Of a stretch of DNA of 64,000 bases, positions 40,671-53,480 are shown piece after piece (position 1 is the stretch's first letter; each line of letters starts with the position of its first letter). A program made the translations under genes and the position numbers. This DNA comes from Octopus vulgaris (lineage: Eukaryota): the NCBI GenBank assembly GCA_951406725.2, contig OX597820.1:54684001-54748000 (forward strand), given 5' to 3'. The notes below the pieces were generated by a model. It was not told where the DNA came from. It ran no database searches and saw only the letters and a program-made list of their open reading frames with translations.

Positions 40671-42414
40671 AGTCAAGCTGTCCATCAATTTGGCTGACGT
40701 ATACAATCTGACTGTATCTGTTGTCGCTTTCTATGCAAAACATTCTTCGGCAAAAACATTCGCACATGACATAGCACGTGGTTTTCGCTATTCACCCAGT
40801 TTGTTCTGCTTCGAGTTTGTCGCACTAGATGTTGCTTTTTGTTCTGTTAATGGGGTCATTATGTTGATCTTGTTGATCACACTCAGACCATTTATTTATT
40901 TTGTCATGTAAAAGAAAGTACGCTCGATCCATAAAATCCAGAATTTGGAATATTCTTTCACTGTGTTTTTTTTTTTTTGTATTTCGCATTGTTGAGGTGT
41001 AGCCGATGTTCAGCTGTCAAGTTTATTTTGTTTCGACCGTCGTTTCAATCTTGGATACCCCGTTTATTTTTTGGGGACATATTTGTTATAAGAGAATTAA
41101 CCTTCCTCTTTCAGACAGTGGAGATTTATTTTCAGAAAATATATAGCCTGTAATCCTCAATAGATCAACAACTGCACTAAAAGAAAATACGGACACAGAA
41201 CGGGATAGTAAAATACATTATAACACAATTTTCTAAAGAATCGCAAATTATGTTTCAAATATAGATATTTAATGAGATTTTTTGTATAGTTATTGTATAA
41301 AATGAATGTATTTAATAAGGAAGCATAAATTGATTCAATAACTACACCAAATTCTTTGCAGTTGCAGATTTTTTTATGTTTCATAAATACAAAAACAATG
41401 CGATGGAATCACTAATATATTAAAACTATACTATCTTTCTTACATACACATACACATATAATTTATATAGACATAATTGAGTACTGTATACATATTGTAA
41501 AGCTTTTTTGTTGTTCTTCAGAAAATTTAATGATGTTCGTGTTTGTATTCTCTTCTATTATTCTGATTCCTGTTTCTATTTTCTTTCGATCCGCCTTTGT
41601 TTATTCGTTGTTCTATAACACCATCCAGACCTTATCGCACAGTGTGTAGTCACAATATTGCGTTGACAAAAGGCATATCCCATTATTTGACTATGCAGCG
41701 AACCCTGTAGAATCTGTGGTCTCTCGACATGCTAGAAATAGCTGTCAAATCCCCCTCAAATCAAACCTTATCGTCTTAGAAAAGAGCTCGTTGTGTGATA
41801 TAGTCCCGGGTTAGGCTCCTCGTTGCCTCGTATATAATCAATTACTCGAACGACTACGCTGAGTCTAATGTAGGTGTATTTCGTTTACACCTATTGTATT
41901 ATGACCGCTGGAGTTTATTATGGCAACAAATTCGCATCATCCCACGTGTAGACACAAGCACGGCCGTGTGGTTAGAAAGTTTGCTTTCCTACTGCGTGGC
42001 ACCTTGGGTATCTTCTGCTATAATCCTGGACCGACCAGTGCTGTATGAGTGGATTTGATAAGCGGAAACCATGCGGAAGCCCGTCATATATGTGTGTGTG
42101 TGTTGTGTTGTGTTTGTCCCTCCACTGCTAGTTGGTTTGTTTGTGCCCATAACTTAGCGGTTCAGCAAAAGTCACAGATAGAATAAATGCCAGGCTAAAA
42201 AAAAAAGTTAAGTACTGTGGTTGATTTGTTCGACTGTGCCCCAGCATGGTCGCAGGTCGGTGAATGAAACAAGTCGTAAAAGAAAGCTCTTTCGAAAATG
42301 AAAAACAAAAAAAAAGTGGTGCTTTCCACAGGTCGCAACACGATGTGCTCGACCGCATGTATGGTAATCGATGGATCTGATTGCTAAAATTATATATAAA
42401 AAAAAAGAGTATTA

Positions 42415-43596
42415 CAGTAATCACTCGCCATATCACGGTTCACCTATCACTCCCTCAGTACATCGCGGATTTTTCTGGCTAATATATGTAAATTTATATC
42501 GCGGGTTTCTGCGGCCGATAGGTATTTAAATTTTTAGATTTTAATTATTTCTGTGGTAAAACAAGCATTTTTGTTCCTAGAAATTAACAAATTAATGAAT
42601 AAAAATACAGTACAGTACTGCACTATATAACATACTAGCAGTATCGCCCGGCGTTGCTCGGGTTTGTAAGGGAAATAACTATATAAGCATTTTTAGAGAG
42701 TTACTTCCCTTATAGATGCCAATTCGGGCTTTCTTAGCCATTTCTGTTTTGGTGTCTTCAAGCCATGAAGTCGTTGTTCTAAAAGAACGCTGGTCTCCTT
42801 GACAACGCTTTACGACGTTGATTTCCTTATACTCCCTTCCCCACAGCTTCACGAGGGAGGGAAGAAGGGGAGAAGCAAACAGGTGCAGGTGTGACCATGG
42901 ACGCCAACTCTGCCGCCATCGACACACGAAAAATTATGCATTAAAATGGAATAAAAAATGATGTTAAATTATTTTTAAAATCGTAGACTCATCGTAGACG
43001 CGCGCTAATACTCAGACGGGCTCGATATGAATCACGACTATAAGATACCCGAATTTGGTTAAACTGCACCGCAAAATGTGGGAGTAGTTAGGAATCTAAA
43101 TCGAAGGGGACAGACACTCACACAACTACAGTTTTATATATATAGATTAATTAGAAAAATTAAAAGAAAATACGTAGTGTACCATAGATGAGTACGGTAC
43201 ATACGTACTGTATGGAAAACGAAACTCGGAAGACGAGTGTGTGGTGTTGTTTTGCATTTGTGTGTAAAATTGTGAATTTATTTCAAGCCCTACGATGTTG
43301 CCCAAACGTTCAGCACTTTCTAAGGCTTTCTTCTTTACACCGAAAAAAAGGTAGCACCAGCAGCTGCCCGGCGCCATGTTCCTCATCCGCAAAAAAAAAG
43401 AGAAGACACGGGAACTCCTAAGAATGTGGGGAGAGTTTATAAAAACTTAAATATATAAAAATAATAAAATAAATACATACAAATTATAAAAATAATTTTT
43501 AAAAATATGTAGTACAGTACTGTTTCTACTTCGCAGATTTTTGCCTATCGCAGGGGTTTTTGGAACGTAATGCCCGCGATAGTCGAGGGATTACTG
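42415..43596. mobile_element. pogo/Tigger-like MITE carrying a nested Helitron
   Basis: ta|cagtaatcactcg ... cgagggattactg|ta TIRs with TA duplication. Confidence 0.8.
42635..43146 (-). mobile_element. Non-autonomous Helitron, copy 2
   Basis: Near-identical to 37957-38462 with the same TC...CTAG termini. Confidence 0.88.
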
Positions 43597-46500
43597 TATA
43601 CGTCAATAAGAAAGTGACGTATACAGTATACGTCAATAAGATGCTTTCTCAAGACGAACTCTGCAGTTTAGAAGGCTTTCAACAATATATCTGCTTTGAG
43701 TATGATATATATAGATTGCTCTGTGTATGTTTGCGTATGTTATGTAAGTGTGTGTGTATGTACGTATGTATGTATTCATACATGTGCGCCCACAGTTACA
43801 GAACAAGGTGGGATAGATAACACTCAATATTTCAAATTTATACAAATTATAAAAATAATGTATCTTTTTTATTTTTTATTTCCAACCACAATATGCACAC
43901 TAAAATGGTTGTGTATTAGGTAATTGGTGGGAAAACTACATCTATATAGACATTTTCAATAAAATTTGAAGAGAAAGGATGGTTTGCATATTTATTCTTA
44001 ATACGTTCCGGCAGATTCGACCGCAAATATGTTAGTCGTTGTTGTGTACATCGCAGGAGAACAACTCCTTTATACGACGACTGTGTTCGTAACATACCCG
44101 GCTCGTTGGTGCAAGAAATTCTGAAACACCGGTATTTCAATATGTTGGGCCTCATCAGCTAGAAGTACCCGAACCATTGTACCTAAACAAGCTGATGGCT
44201 TTCTTCATGATTTCAGCGAACAAAAATTATTTACTGATCAACCGATAAGAAAAAATTATTTGCTCTGTGTACAGCGAGATCTGAAATGATTTCTACAAGT
44301 ATTCTTGATACTCAGGCCCAAAACATCCCAAGTGTTTTATTTTTTTTATTATTTACGATAGCTTCGAATTGACCAGTACTTTGAGAATAAAATTTCCTAG
44401 ACGGAAACTGTGCAGAGATCCGACACTTGTGTGTGTACGCGCGGATATATATGTAGTTGCATATATGTCTTCATACGTACGTATGTTTATCAGCAAAGAG
44501 CTTATGGAAAGTACTTCAGGGGAGCGTTCTACAACACACACATGTATGTTTATGTGTGTGTGTGTGTCTTACTAAATGTGGCAAAGAGGAGAGCGATTAC
44601 TACGCGTGTATAAGTTGTGGCTTCAATCCATTGCCAGGTTGCTTTGGTACAGAAAGTTCGTGCAGGTAGACTGGAGCTGTTCACCTTGGTGTGTATACAC
44701 AACAGCGTGAAGTGAACCTGGAACGATGTTGGTGTTGGTGTGTACGTAGACATGTTAGTGATGTCGAGAAGCTAAGGCGACGGTGGTAATGGCGGTGTCA
44801 AAGTGAAGTCGACGGTGGAGAAAGGTGACGGTGGAGAACAGCCCTGAGATGCTGCATGTTGGTGTCGTCGCGGGAACATTGGCTGAAGTCGCTGGAACTG
44901 GTTGAGTCGCGGGAATTGGCTGGTCTGGTTGTGGTCAATGGTCGAAGACCAAAGACGAGATATAGTGAATTGCTGAGCCTTTTAAAGCAAGAGGTAGGCT
45001 CCAGTGAAAATCCAAAAGACTGCATCATGGGACCTTATCCGAAGGCCGTGGTTGGTTGGCTTACACACTGGCGTGAAATAAAACTGCACCAAAACCAACC
45101 AATCAAGGCAGCGGACACAACCGGTCTCTTTTTCCGGCTGCTATCTGTCACGGCAGCATTTCTATGATCTCTCTCAAACGCTACAACTGCATTTAATAAA
45201 TCGAAATAGGTTTATAGAAGAATTAACAATTTAGCAGTCTGAAGGTTTTAGTAAATCTATTGCTATTTTAATTACCTTCCACTTCTTCCAGTCTCTCGTC
45301 CTCATCTTTTTCTTTTCACCACACAGCATGTTGTATTTAAGACTGAAATATTCATGGCCACTTTTTTTCGGGGGCAGGTAAAGAAAAAATCATTTTTCCC
45401 CAAAATAGGAGGTAACATCTGTAATATTTTTCCACAGATCTTTTATTTCGTTTGAAGATTTCGATGCATTTCTGTTATAACATCATAACTGGGTGATTTC
45501 CTTATAAATAGGCGGACGGTGATTTTCGAGTAATTTATTTGGAGAAATAAAATTTTTAAAAAGTGATTGTATTCAATTTATTCATTGAATTCACATAATG
45601 CATTGTAAGGAAAAATGAGGTTTGTGTTTTAATGGACTCTATAACATTTCCTGAAAGTTGAGATTTCACATATTACGACGTTTTGTTGATTTTAAAGCAA
45701 AAATAAAGTGAATCAAACGAATTTATATATGTATACAAAATTAATAATTGTTTCAAGTATAAGTACATGGCCTGAAGTTTTTGCTGGGTAGGAGGACTCG
45801 CTATTATTTACGTCAGTACTTAGTTAACTTTATTTTATTAATGCCCAATAGATAAAAGGAAAATTTAACCTCGGCGGGATTTGAACACAGAATGTAAAAT
45901 GCAGAAACAAATACTTCAGGGTATTTTCTTCGGCGTTCAAACGATTCTGCCAGGTCACTACCTCTATGCTTGTAAATACTCATTAAAAATATTAATGAAA
46001 CCAGTTGAATATCTATACCGGTTTCAAATTTTGGCACAAGGCCAACAATTTCGGGGGAGGGGGTAAGTCGATTACATCGACCCCGGTGATCAACTAGGGC
46101 TTATGCTATCGACCCCGAAAGGATAAAAGGCAAATTTGAACTCAGAACGTAAAGACGGACGAAATGCCGCTTAGCATTTTGCCCGGTGTTCTAACGATTT
46201 TGCCGGCCCGCTGCCTTCTCAGTGGAACAACCTGCTCGTGAAATTAACGTGCAAGTGAATGAACACTCCACAGACATGCATGACCTTAACATAGTTTTCA
46301 AGGAGATTCAGCCTGACACAGAATGTGACAAGACTAGTCCTTTGTAATACAGATACTACTCATTTGTGCCAGCTGAGTGGACTGGAACTATATGAAATAG
46401 TGTCTTGCTCAAGGACACAACACGCTGCCGCGCGTCGAACTCACGACCGTGTGCCGAATACCCTAACCAAGAATCCACGTGTCCTCGCGAGTTGAACATC

Positions 46501-46756
46501 CGTATCGACAAAAGAAAACTGCATGATGGTATTAAACAAAACAGTCCGAAGTCTGATCACTAAACGTTTCAGATTTTCAGCTACAAAGTTTTTTTAAAGA
46601 AATAATTATGATCACTAACAAATAAGACGGTCAAATCGTACTGAGGTTTAAACAGGACAATTCAAAGTTCATGTGTTAGGCGTTTTGAAACAATGATTCC
46701 ACAGAACATTACGATTTTTAACGTCAATTATTTTATTATTGTTAATATTTTTTTCT

Positions 46757-46940
46757 TATTACCTCTGCCTTGTATTATTTGCAGTCGCGTTTTGTTTGTT
46801 TGTCCGTAGACAAGATATCTCAAGAACCATTGGATGGATTCGAATGAAACTTTCAGGGATGTTTTGGTCTCGTTACTAGCACGAACTGATAAGATTTTGG
46901 GATCGATCTGGTACCGGACAAGGATTCTGGATTGTTTTTC
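46757..46940 (+). mobile_element. Helentron-associated (HINE/DINE-1-like) fragment
   Basis: ttattacctctgcc ... (gttt)n microsatellite ... gatatctcaagaacc..ggatggattcgaatgaaacttt architecture. Confidence 0.55.
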
Positions 46941-47589
46941 CGGGTTTTTGTCCCGTCAAAGGGCGGAAGAACTACTGTGTGGTCAACGACCGATTCAACA
47001 AGTACCTTGTAACGATGAAGTGCCTGTCTGCTCCATTGACCCGGAGAGCTATACTGGAGGGAGAGAAATCTTCAGGCAGGTCTTACCAGGCCAGACAGGT
47101 CGAAAGGTAGGAGAAATTGAAGCGTGAATTTGGTTATAGGCAGGACCTAACAGATCATATTTCTGGCTTTGAATTAGTAGGATGTCATGCAGAAGATCTT
47201 GAATACAAGACAATGGATGAGACCCTAATATTCTTAGTTAGATGGAAACTGCAGGACTACATGGAGCAGCGCCCTATGACTCTTATAGTATGCGCAACCG
47301 AAACCCCTATGGGGGCGTCCTATGGAACGACCTAGATGAGATGAGATTATTTAATTTTTAAGAGTGGTCGGGTCCATTTTTAGTATTTTCGTTTGTGAGA
47401 GCAGTCGAGTTTATTCCAGATATTCTCATTTTAAAAATCATCTCTGGCTAATCATTGAGAGGACGCCGCCTCGGTTTGTTCTGCTGGTGTTTTTCATAGT
47501 GTTGAATTTTTGTGTTGTAATTCTGTGTTAGTGTTCGTTTGAACACTTTTGTGAACTGTTTTTGCTGCTTTGTGGCAGCTTGTTTAAAT

Positions 47590-48693
47590 GATGTTGTACG
47601 AGGACTGCAGCTCTTCGGGGTTGTCTTCTTCCGAAGAAGAACTTGTAACATGTGTTAAAGAAATAGACAAGAAAATGGAAGAGAAGAAAAGTTTTGCAAA
47701 AGTTGCGGAGGTACAGAATAAGGATGTGGATTTAACCAAGTTAAAGAGTGACAAGATGTTAAATAGAGGGTGGCGATGTAAAGTTGTCCTCTCCTCAAGG
47801 AGTCATGAAAATTAAGAACGAAAAACATTTATCTACAAAGTTTATTCAGCGGAAGCGAAGAAAATTGAAATTATGCCAACAGATAAAATAGAGAAGGCTT
47901 TTAAACCAATATGACAAGATATGTAATATCTTGCCAGGGGAAGTAAATTTGGTACAGTGGAAGTTCACTTCAGAGAGGCAGCCAAGGCAAGACAGTAATC
48001 GGCAACTCCTTTAAGAACTGATAGTGTGGTACTTCTACCCACATACCTTGGAAGATGAGCTTCAAGAGTCAAGGTTGAAAGGTTCCACCCGAAATTGATG
48101 TATCCTGGGTGGTGGCTGCTGTACTTCTCGGTAACGAGGATGAAATAGCAGTCCTACAGGCCTGTATGATTAAAAATACCAATTGGAGAAGACAAACGTT
48201 AGATATGATCATTCAGGAATCACAAGAAGATTTGGAAAATATAACAGAGACAGCTACAATTGAGGACACAGTGCTGAGAGTTAGGGTGGAGGGCAGAATC
48301 TCTCGATGCTTTAAATGTGGTCTTAAGGGTCACATCAGAGCGGACTGCCCTTCGCCGACCAAGGGAACTCAAGAGGAACCCAGGGAAGCAGCGAAAGCGG
48401 AGGAGGATTTACCATCAAAAGAAATTAGAGAGAATGACGAGATGTGGAAGACAGTGGAAAATAGGAACAAAAGGAAAAAGCAGCCCCAACCCGCACTCAC
48501 CCAACCCACACCTTCTCAGCCCCACCCTCCCCCACAGTACACCAAACCTACCCTCTTGCTTCAGACACAGAAAAAGAAAACACTAGCATACAAGAACCCC
48601 CAAACTTCCCCTCCCCTGGTTAAAGAAAAAAGTTGCTTTGTGTGCATGATAGATGACTCAAACGGAGAACTGGTCAGAGAAACAATGATGTAG
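47590..48693 (+). mobile_element. Decayed gag-like ORF1 of a non-LTR retrotransposon (CCHC zinc knuckle)
   Basis: ORF 48109-48693 has CFKCGLKGHIRADC followed by WKTVENRNKRKK; upstream broken frames include KSFAKVA and KFGTVEVHF. Confidence 0.75.
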
Positions 48694-49749
48694 AAAGACA
48701 CAATGTTTGTTAAAACGTAGGACGATAATGTGAAGCGGTTGGTTTCAGAGGAACAGAAGGCAAAAATAGAAAGGTTTTAAAATGGACTCACTTGTTGGAG
48801 AATAAAAATTGATAAAGATAGGTTGCCGGATTGTATGGAATATATGGAACTTATAAAGGAGTGCAAGATGGATATACAGGATGCCGAGTAGCTTCGTTGT
48901 ATTTTTTCATTTTCATTTGTCGTACTCACATACGGGCCAAAATTAACTTTCTTAACATCGCATGCTCTTTCAATTATATCACTTCTGCCCGTCGAGGCAT
49001 GGCATTATACAAAGTAACAGTAAATAAATATTTCTTTACAACGTTGATCATTGTTCTTCTGTTCATCTTGCACATCTGCAACAACAACACCTGTTACAAT
49101 CGCTAACTGCAAACAACCAACATGTATCATCACAATTACCATTACACTGGCAACCAATACCTTAACTATACCGTTACATTGGTGGCCCTCGACTACAACG
49201 AAAAACTAACCGTTACAGTTTGTATACATATATACATTTGCTTTATTTACTTTGTTCATTGCCTGAGAACAGATTTAACGCGAAACTCATTTTACTGTAC
49301 ATTCATATATACATGGTATCTGTCAATTCGGAGACGGGTATGACCACCACTGACAAATTATCTTATCTTAGATGTTAAAGACAATGGCTGTACTGAAATT
49401 TAAAGCCAATAACAGTTTGTACGACACCACTGAAACTCACAAAGTCAAATAGTCCAGAAACAAACAAGAGCAAGATCTCCAGCCTCGCAATAAGGTATTA
49501 TTTCAGAAAGTCCTCCTCCCAAACAAATACTAGAGGTCTTTCACTCCCAGCTGTTGGCAGGTCGTTAACCCTACTGATTTAATCCGTCCTTTGAAAGGTT
49601 TTATTTTTCATCCTGCAGGGTGTCCAATGAAAACCACCCTCCTTACCAAGCAGGTTAAGTGGGTTTGCCGGTTTAGTCGACGTTAGCCCGACAATGCGAA
49701 AGGTCATGTTACATATTACCAGTAGCTCTAAGAGTGTACTTTCACACAT

Positions 49750-51000
49750 ACATACATGCTTCGCAAAAACATTACGATTACCACATTTTGCTTCAACAAT
49801 TCATCCGTTTTACAATTTCTTCTGTTTTCTTTTTTTTTTTTTATCTTGTACAACTTTTATTGCTCCGTTTCTTTTGCTTCATAGTGTCTCTATTTCATGC
49901 ATAATCGCCTGCTGCAATTTTTGTCCCACCGAGTTACCGAATGAGAAAAACAGAAATTAGAAATGGTTTAAATTATACAAAAAGGGTTTGGGAGGAAGGG
50001 AGATATTCATTGTTATTTCCTGATTTGCAGCTTGAATACCTGCTGTTTTCAATCAATGTTTGCTGCAGTTTCTTAAACAGATTTCAGATTTTTGTGAACA
50101 AAAAATGTTTGTTGAACGCCGAACAGATGATTTAACATGACAGCAGTATTATCTTAACACTCACTGAATAAACCTTTCTATGCTTCTAATGTTGTGCTCA
50201 ATGTTTTCTCAGAACCGATAGCATCTTTTCCTTTAGCCAATAAATGACTTCTACTTTTCTTTTCTTGAAGTTAATGTCAACAACGAATTACTTGGGCCAG
50301 TTCTTCACGAAGGACTAAATTAGTGTTGAATCAAACAAGATACAAACTAGTATTTGTTCCCATGAATTGCTGACAAATAATAATTTATAAAATTTATTTT
50401 GTACTTCAGAAGAAAAATAAGATGTTTACATTTGCTTGTACGTTCTAAGTGCTCTCATTAGGGATCATATTTTGCTAATAATAACCACAAGTGTCAGGAA
50501 ATTCCTAGAATTTTCGTTTGAGATTGTCGTCAGTATGACAATGGAATCAAATGAAAGATCCTGAGAAGCTAAATATGGTGTACAAATCGATTGCAGTAAC
50601 ACATATCTCCATCGTAACTCTATCAAAACCGCTTTGAAGGCGATTTCGGTGACCAGTTTCTTTAAAAGTAGGAAATTACTAAGCACCACTTTTAAAATTT
50701 TTCCACTCAGAGAATCCACACTGTTTTGAAGGGATCCGACATTCTGATGTTATACATGCAGATGAAAAACAAGACAACATAATACACTGTTTTATGTACA
50801 CGGAAATACATTCAGAGGTCGCGGTTTGAAAGCAAAATGCACTTATACACTGTCCTCCTTTGCCATCAAATGAACCTTCTTTATGTTGAAATTCATGTGC
50901 TCCAACTTTAATAATCACCGTGCGATAAGTATGTGCTATAACTGCTGAACCTGATTGTACTGAATTTTATGAAGCTAATATCGCATAAGATATTTCTTAT
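49750..51000 (-). mobile_element. Possible heavily decayed hAT-type transposase relic
   Basis: Scattered fragments resembling Charlie/SPIN transposase (EVIYWL/SHLLAK..SEKTL, ELRW); no continuous ORF. Confidence 0.3.
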
Positions 51001-51975
51001 GTTATCCCATTTTAACTAAGCAACACTATCAATTTCTTTCTATCTAGTGAAGTGGAATCCTCTTAGTGGCAAATAAATTATTCTAATTGTAGCCTTCAAC
51101 ATGGCAGGGAACCGTTTCTTCATTTAAAATTTTTTTTGCTTTTATATTCTTCAAATAAAATAGCACGTTTACATTCATGCATTTTGATATCTTTACTGTT
51201 ATCAAAAAAAAAAACTTGCTAGCTAACAGGTGACATCATTTTTAGTGAGGAGAGCTCTCATCGATTTGGTTGATTCGAATATCGAAATTCCACTGCAAAC
51301 TGTGGATGTAATTTGCGTCCCTGTACCCCTCTTTCTTGAAATAGTGAGCTAAAATAATAATAAATATTGAGTACACGTTTAGTTACAATGTAAACGAAAA
51401 CGATCAGTTTATTTCGTGTCAAACGGAATTTCAGTGTCTGCGTCTAGTTCAACAGGCCATGATATCGAAACAAATCACATCGCTTATTTTAGAAAGATGT
51501 CTGAAAAAACAAAAGCGAAGGTTTTTAAGTTTCTCCGAGCTGTCATATGCAAGAGTAATTTTTTTTTATATGTATAGTTCAAAAACATTCCGACAAGTCT
51601 TTACACCCAGCATAAAAACGCAGGTAAACAGTTATAATTGTCACATGTTTGTTCTTGTGCTATACAAGTGGTCGTTATTTCAGCTTATTTGCTAAATTAC
51701 ACAATACATGAATATTTTTTATCTTTTGACCAAATCTATGTCACAAGCTTAATTTTACTTTTGTCACAATTGAGAAGATATAAAAGTTTTTAAAAATAGC
51801 TGTCGGCCATATTTGACATCGGGTATAATGACATCACAATTACGTGTATCACACGGCGTTGTTTTTGGTATTACTTTCGAGGAATGTGTACTTGTGTACT
51901 TCTTAATTAATAAGTAGATCTTCTCAACAACCATTTTATATTTTGTATATTTGCTCACTTACGATGCGATACATA

Positions 51976-53214
51976 CAGGGGTTGGACAAGTTAATGGAAA
52001 CACCAAGCATCATAATTTTGAAATGTCTATAAAACCGTCAAAAGCTTGTTTATTTTTATGTTATTTGATTTATTATTAGTGTTGCTTAATATGTTTTGCT
52101 AAAATTGCAGTTTCTTTTCAGATATCATCAGACAAAGCTAATTAAAATTCATTAAAATGACAGATCTATCGGACTTTCAAGAATTCAAATATGGCAAGCG
52201 CTAGCGTAACGAAAACAGCCAAAATGTTTGGTGTATCAAAAAGTACTGTCTCGAAAGTAATGACAGCCTTTGAGAAAGAGGGAAAAACCTCCTCGTCGAA
52301 ACAAAACCAAAACTTTCAGATAGGGACCGTCAGACTCTTATGCAAATTGTTAGAAAGGATCACAAAATTGCAGCGCCCAAAATTACTGCAGAGCTTAATG
52401 ACCACCTTGAGAACCTAGTTTCCACAAAAACTGTTCGCTGGGAGCTGCACAAAGCCCGATTTTACGAGAGGGCTGCAATCAGAAAACCACTATTTTCAAA
52501 AACAAACGTTGCAAAACATTTAGAGTGGAGTAAAAACCTTCAGAATTGGTCCCTAGAGCAGTGGAAGAATGTTATTTTCTCGGACGAGTCATCCTTTACC
52601 ATATTTCCTACCACCGGCCGAGTATACGTGTGGAGACAGCCAAAAGAAGCATTTGACCCAGACTGCCTTCTTCCAACTGTTAAACATGGAGGAAAGGAGA
52701 ATCTGTGACAATCTAGGGGGTTATATCTTGGAAATCCGCCGGCTAAATGGTTTCCCTTCATGGCAGAATTAATAGTCAAGACTATTTACGCATTTTATCT
52801 GATCAAATTCATCCTATGCTTGCGGAACTGTTTCCGAAAGGAAACGCAGTCTTTCAGGATGATAATGCACCAAATCACACAGCTAAAGTTGTTACTGAAA
52901 GGCACGACGAACATTCTAGTGAAGTTGAACATCTTATATGGCCAAAGCAGTCTCCAGATCTCAATATTATTGAACATTTATGGTGCATTTTAGAAAAACA
53001 AGAAAGGAGTCGATATCTTCCACCATCATCACTACAAGAACCGGAGACTGTTTTAGCAGAAGAATGGACAAAAATCCCTTTGGAAACAATTCAAACTTTG
53101 TTCAAGTCCATACCTCGTAGAATTCAAGCTGTAATTACTGCCTAAGACGGTCCTGCTCCATATTAAAATAAATTTGAAATTTTAAGGTGTTTCCATTATT
53201 TTGTCCAACACCTG
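51976..53214 (+). mobile_element. Tc1-type (DD34E) transposon with frameshifted transposase (~52157-53145)
   Basis: ta|caggggttggacaagttaatggaaacacc ... ggtgtttccattattttgtccaacacctg|ta; VIFSDES, FQDDNAPNH, SPDLNIIEHLW motifs. Confidence 0.95.
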
Positions 53215-53242
53215 TATATAAGGGTTTATGTGTGTACTTAGT

Positions 53243-53480
53243 GGAGGCACATGGCTTAGTGGTTAGGTTGTTGGACTTATGATCGTAAGATTGTGGTTTC
53301 GATTCCTGGACCAGGCGATGCGCTGTGTTCTTGAGCAAAACACTTTCTTTCACGTTGCTCTAGTCCACTCAGCTGTCAAAATGAGTAATCCTGCAACGGT
53401 TCGGCGTCCCATTCAGATGGAGAATATACACGCCACTGAAACCGGCCCTTATGAGCTTGGCATGGCTCGAGAAGGAAACA
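53243..53480 (+). mobile_element. tRNA-headed SINE (second family)
   Basis: tggcttagtggttagg A box, ggtttcgattcc B box, gtgttcttgagcaaaacactt core; a reverse-oriented relative at ~46220-46480. Confidence 0.75.

Noticed and set aside
40319-40672. 117-aa Thr/His-rich mucin-like ORF
   Set aside because: Product of a degenerate trinucleotide tract, with its start inside a common repeat
44115-44165. Hammerhead on the minus strand (CTGATGA...GAAA)
   Set aside because: No stem II pairing between the boxes; the GAAA belongs to a local palindrome (tgaaacaccggtatttca)
44620-45170. Host gene exon or ORF (44856-45167)
   Set aside because: No recognisable domain; more likely a decayed retroelement fragment that I could not classify confidently
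53243-53320. tRNA gene
   Set aside because: A and B boxes are present but there is no proper cloverleaf and it runs into a SINE body; the same holds for 1943-2010
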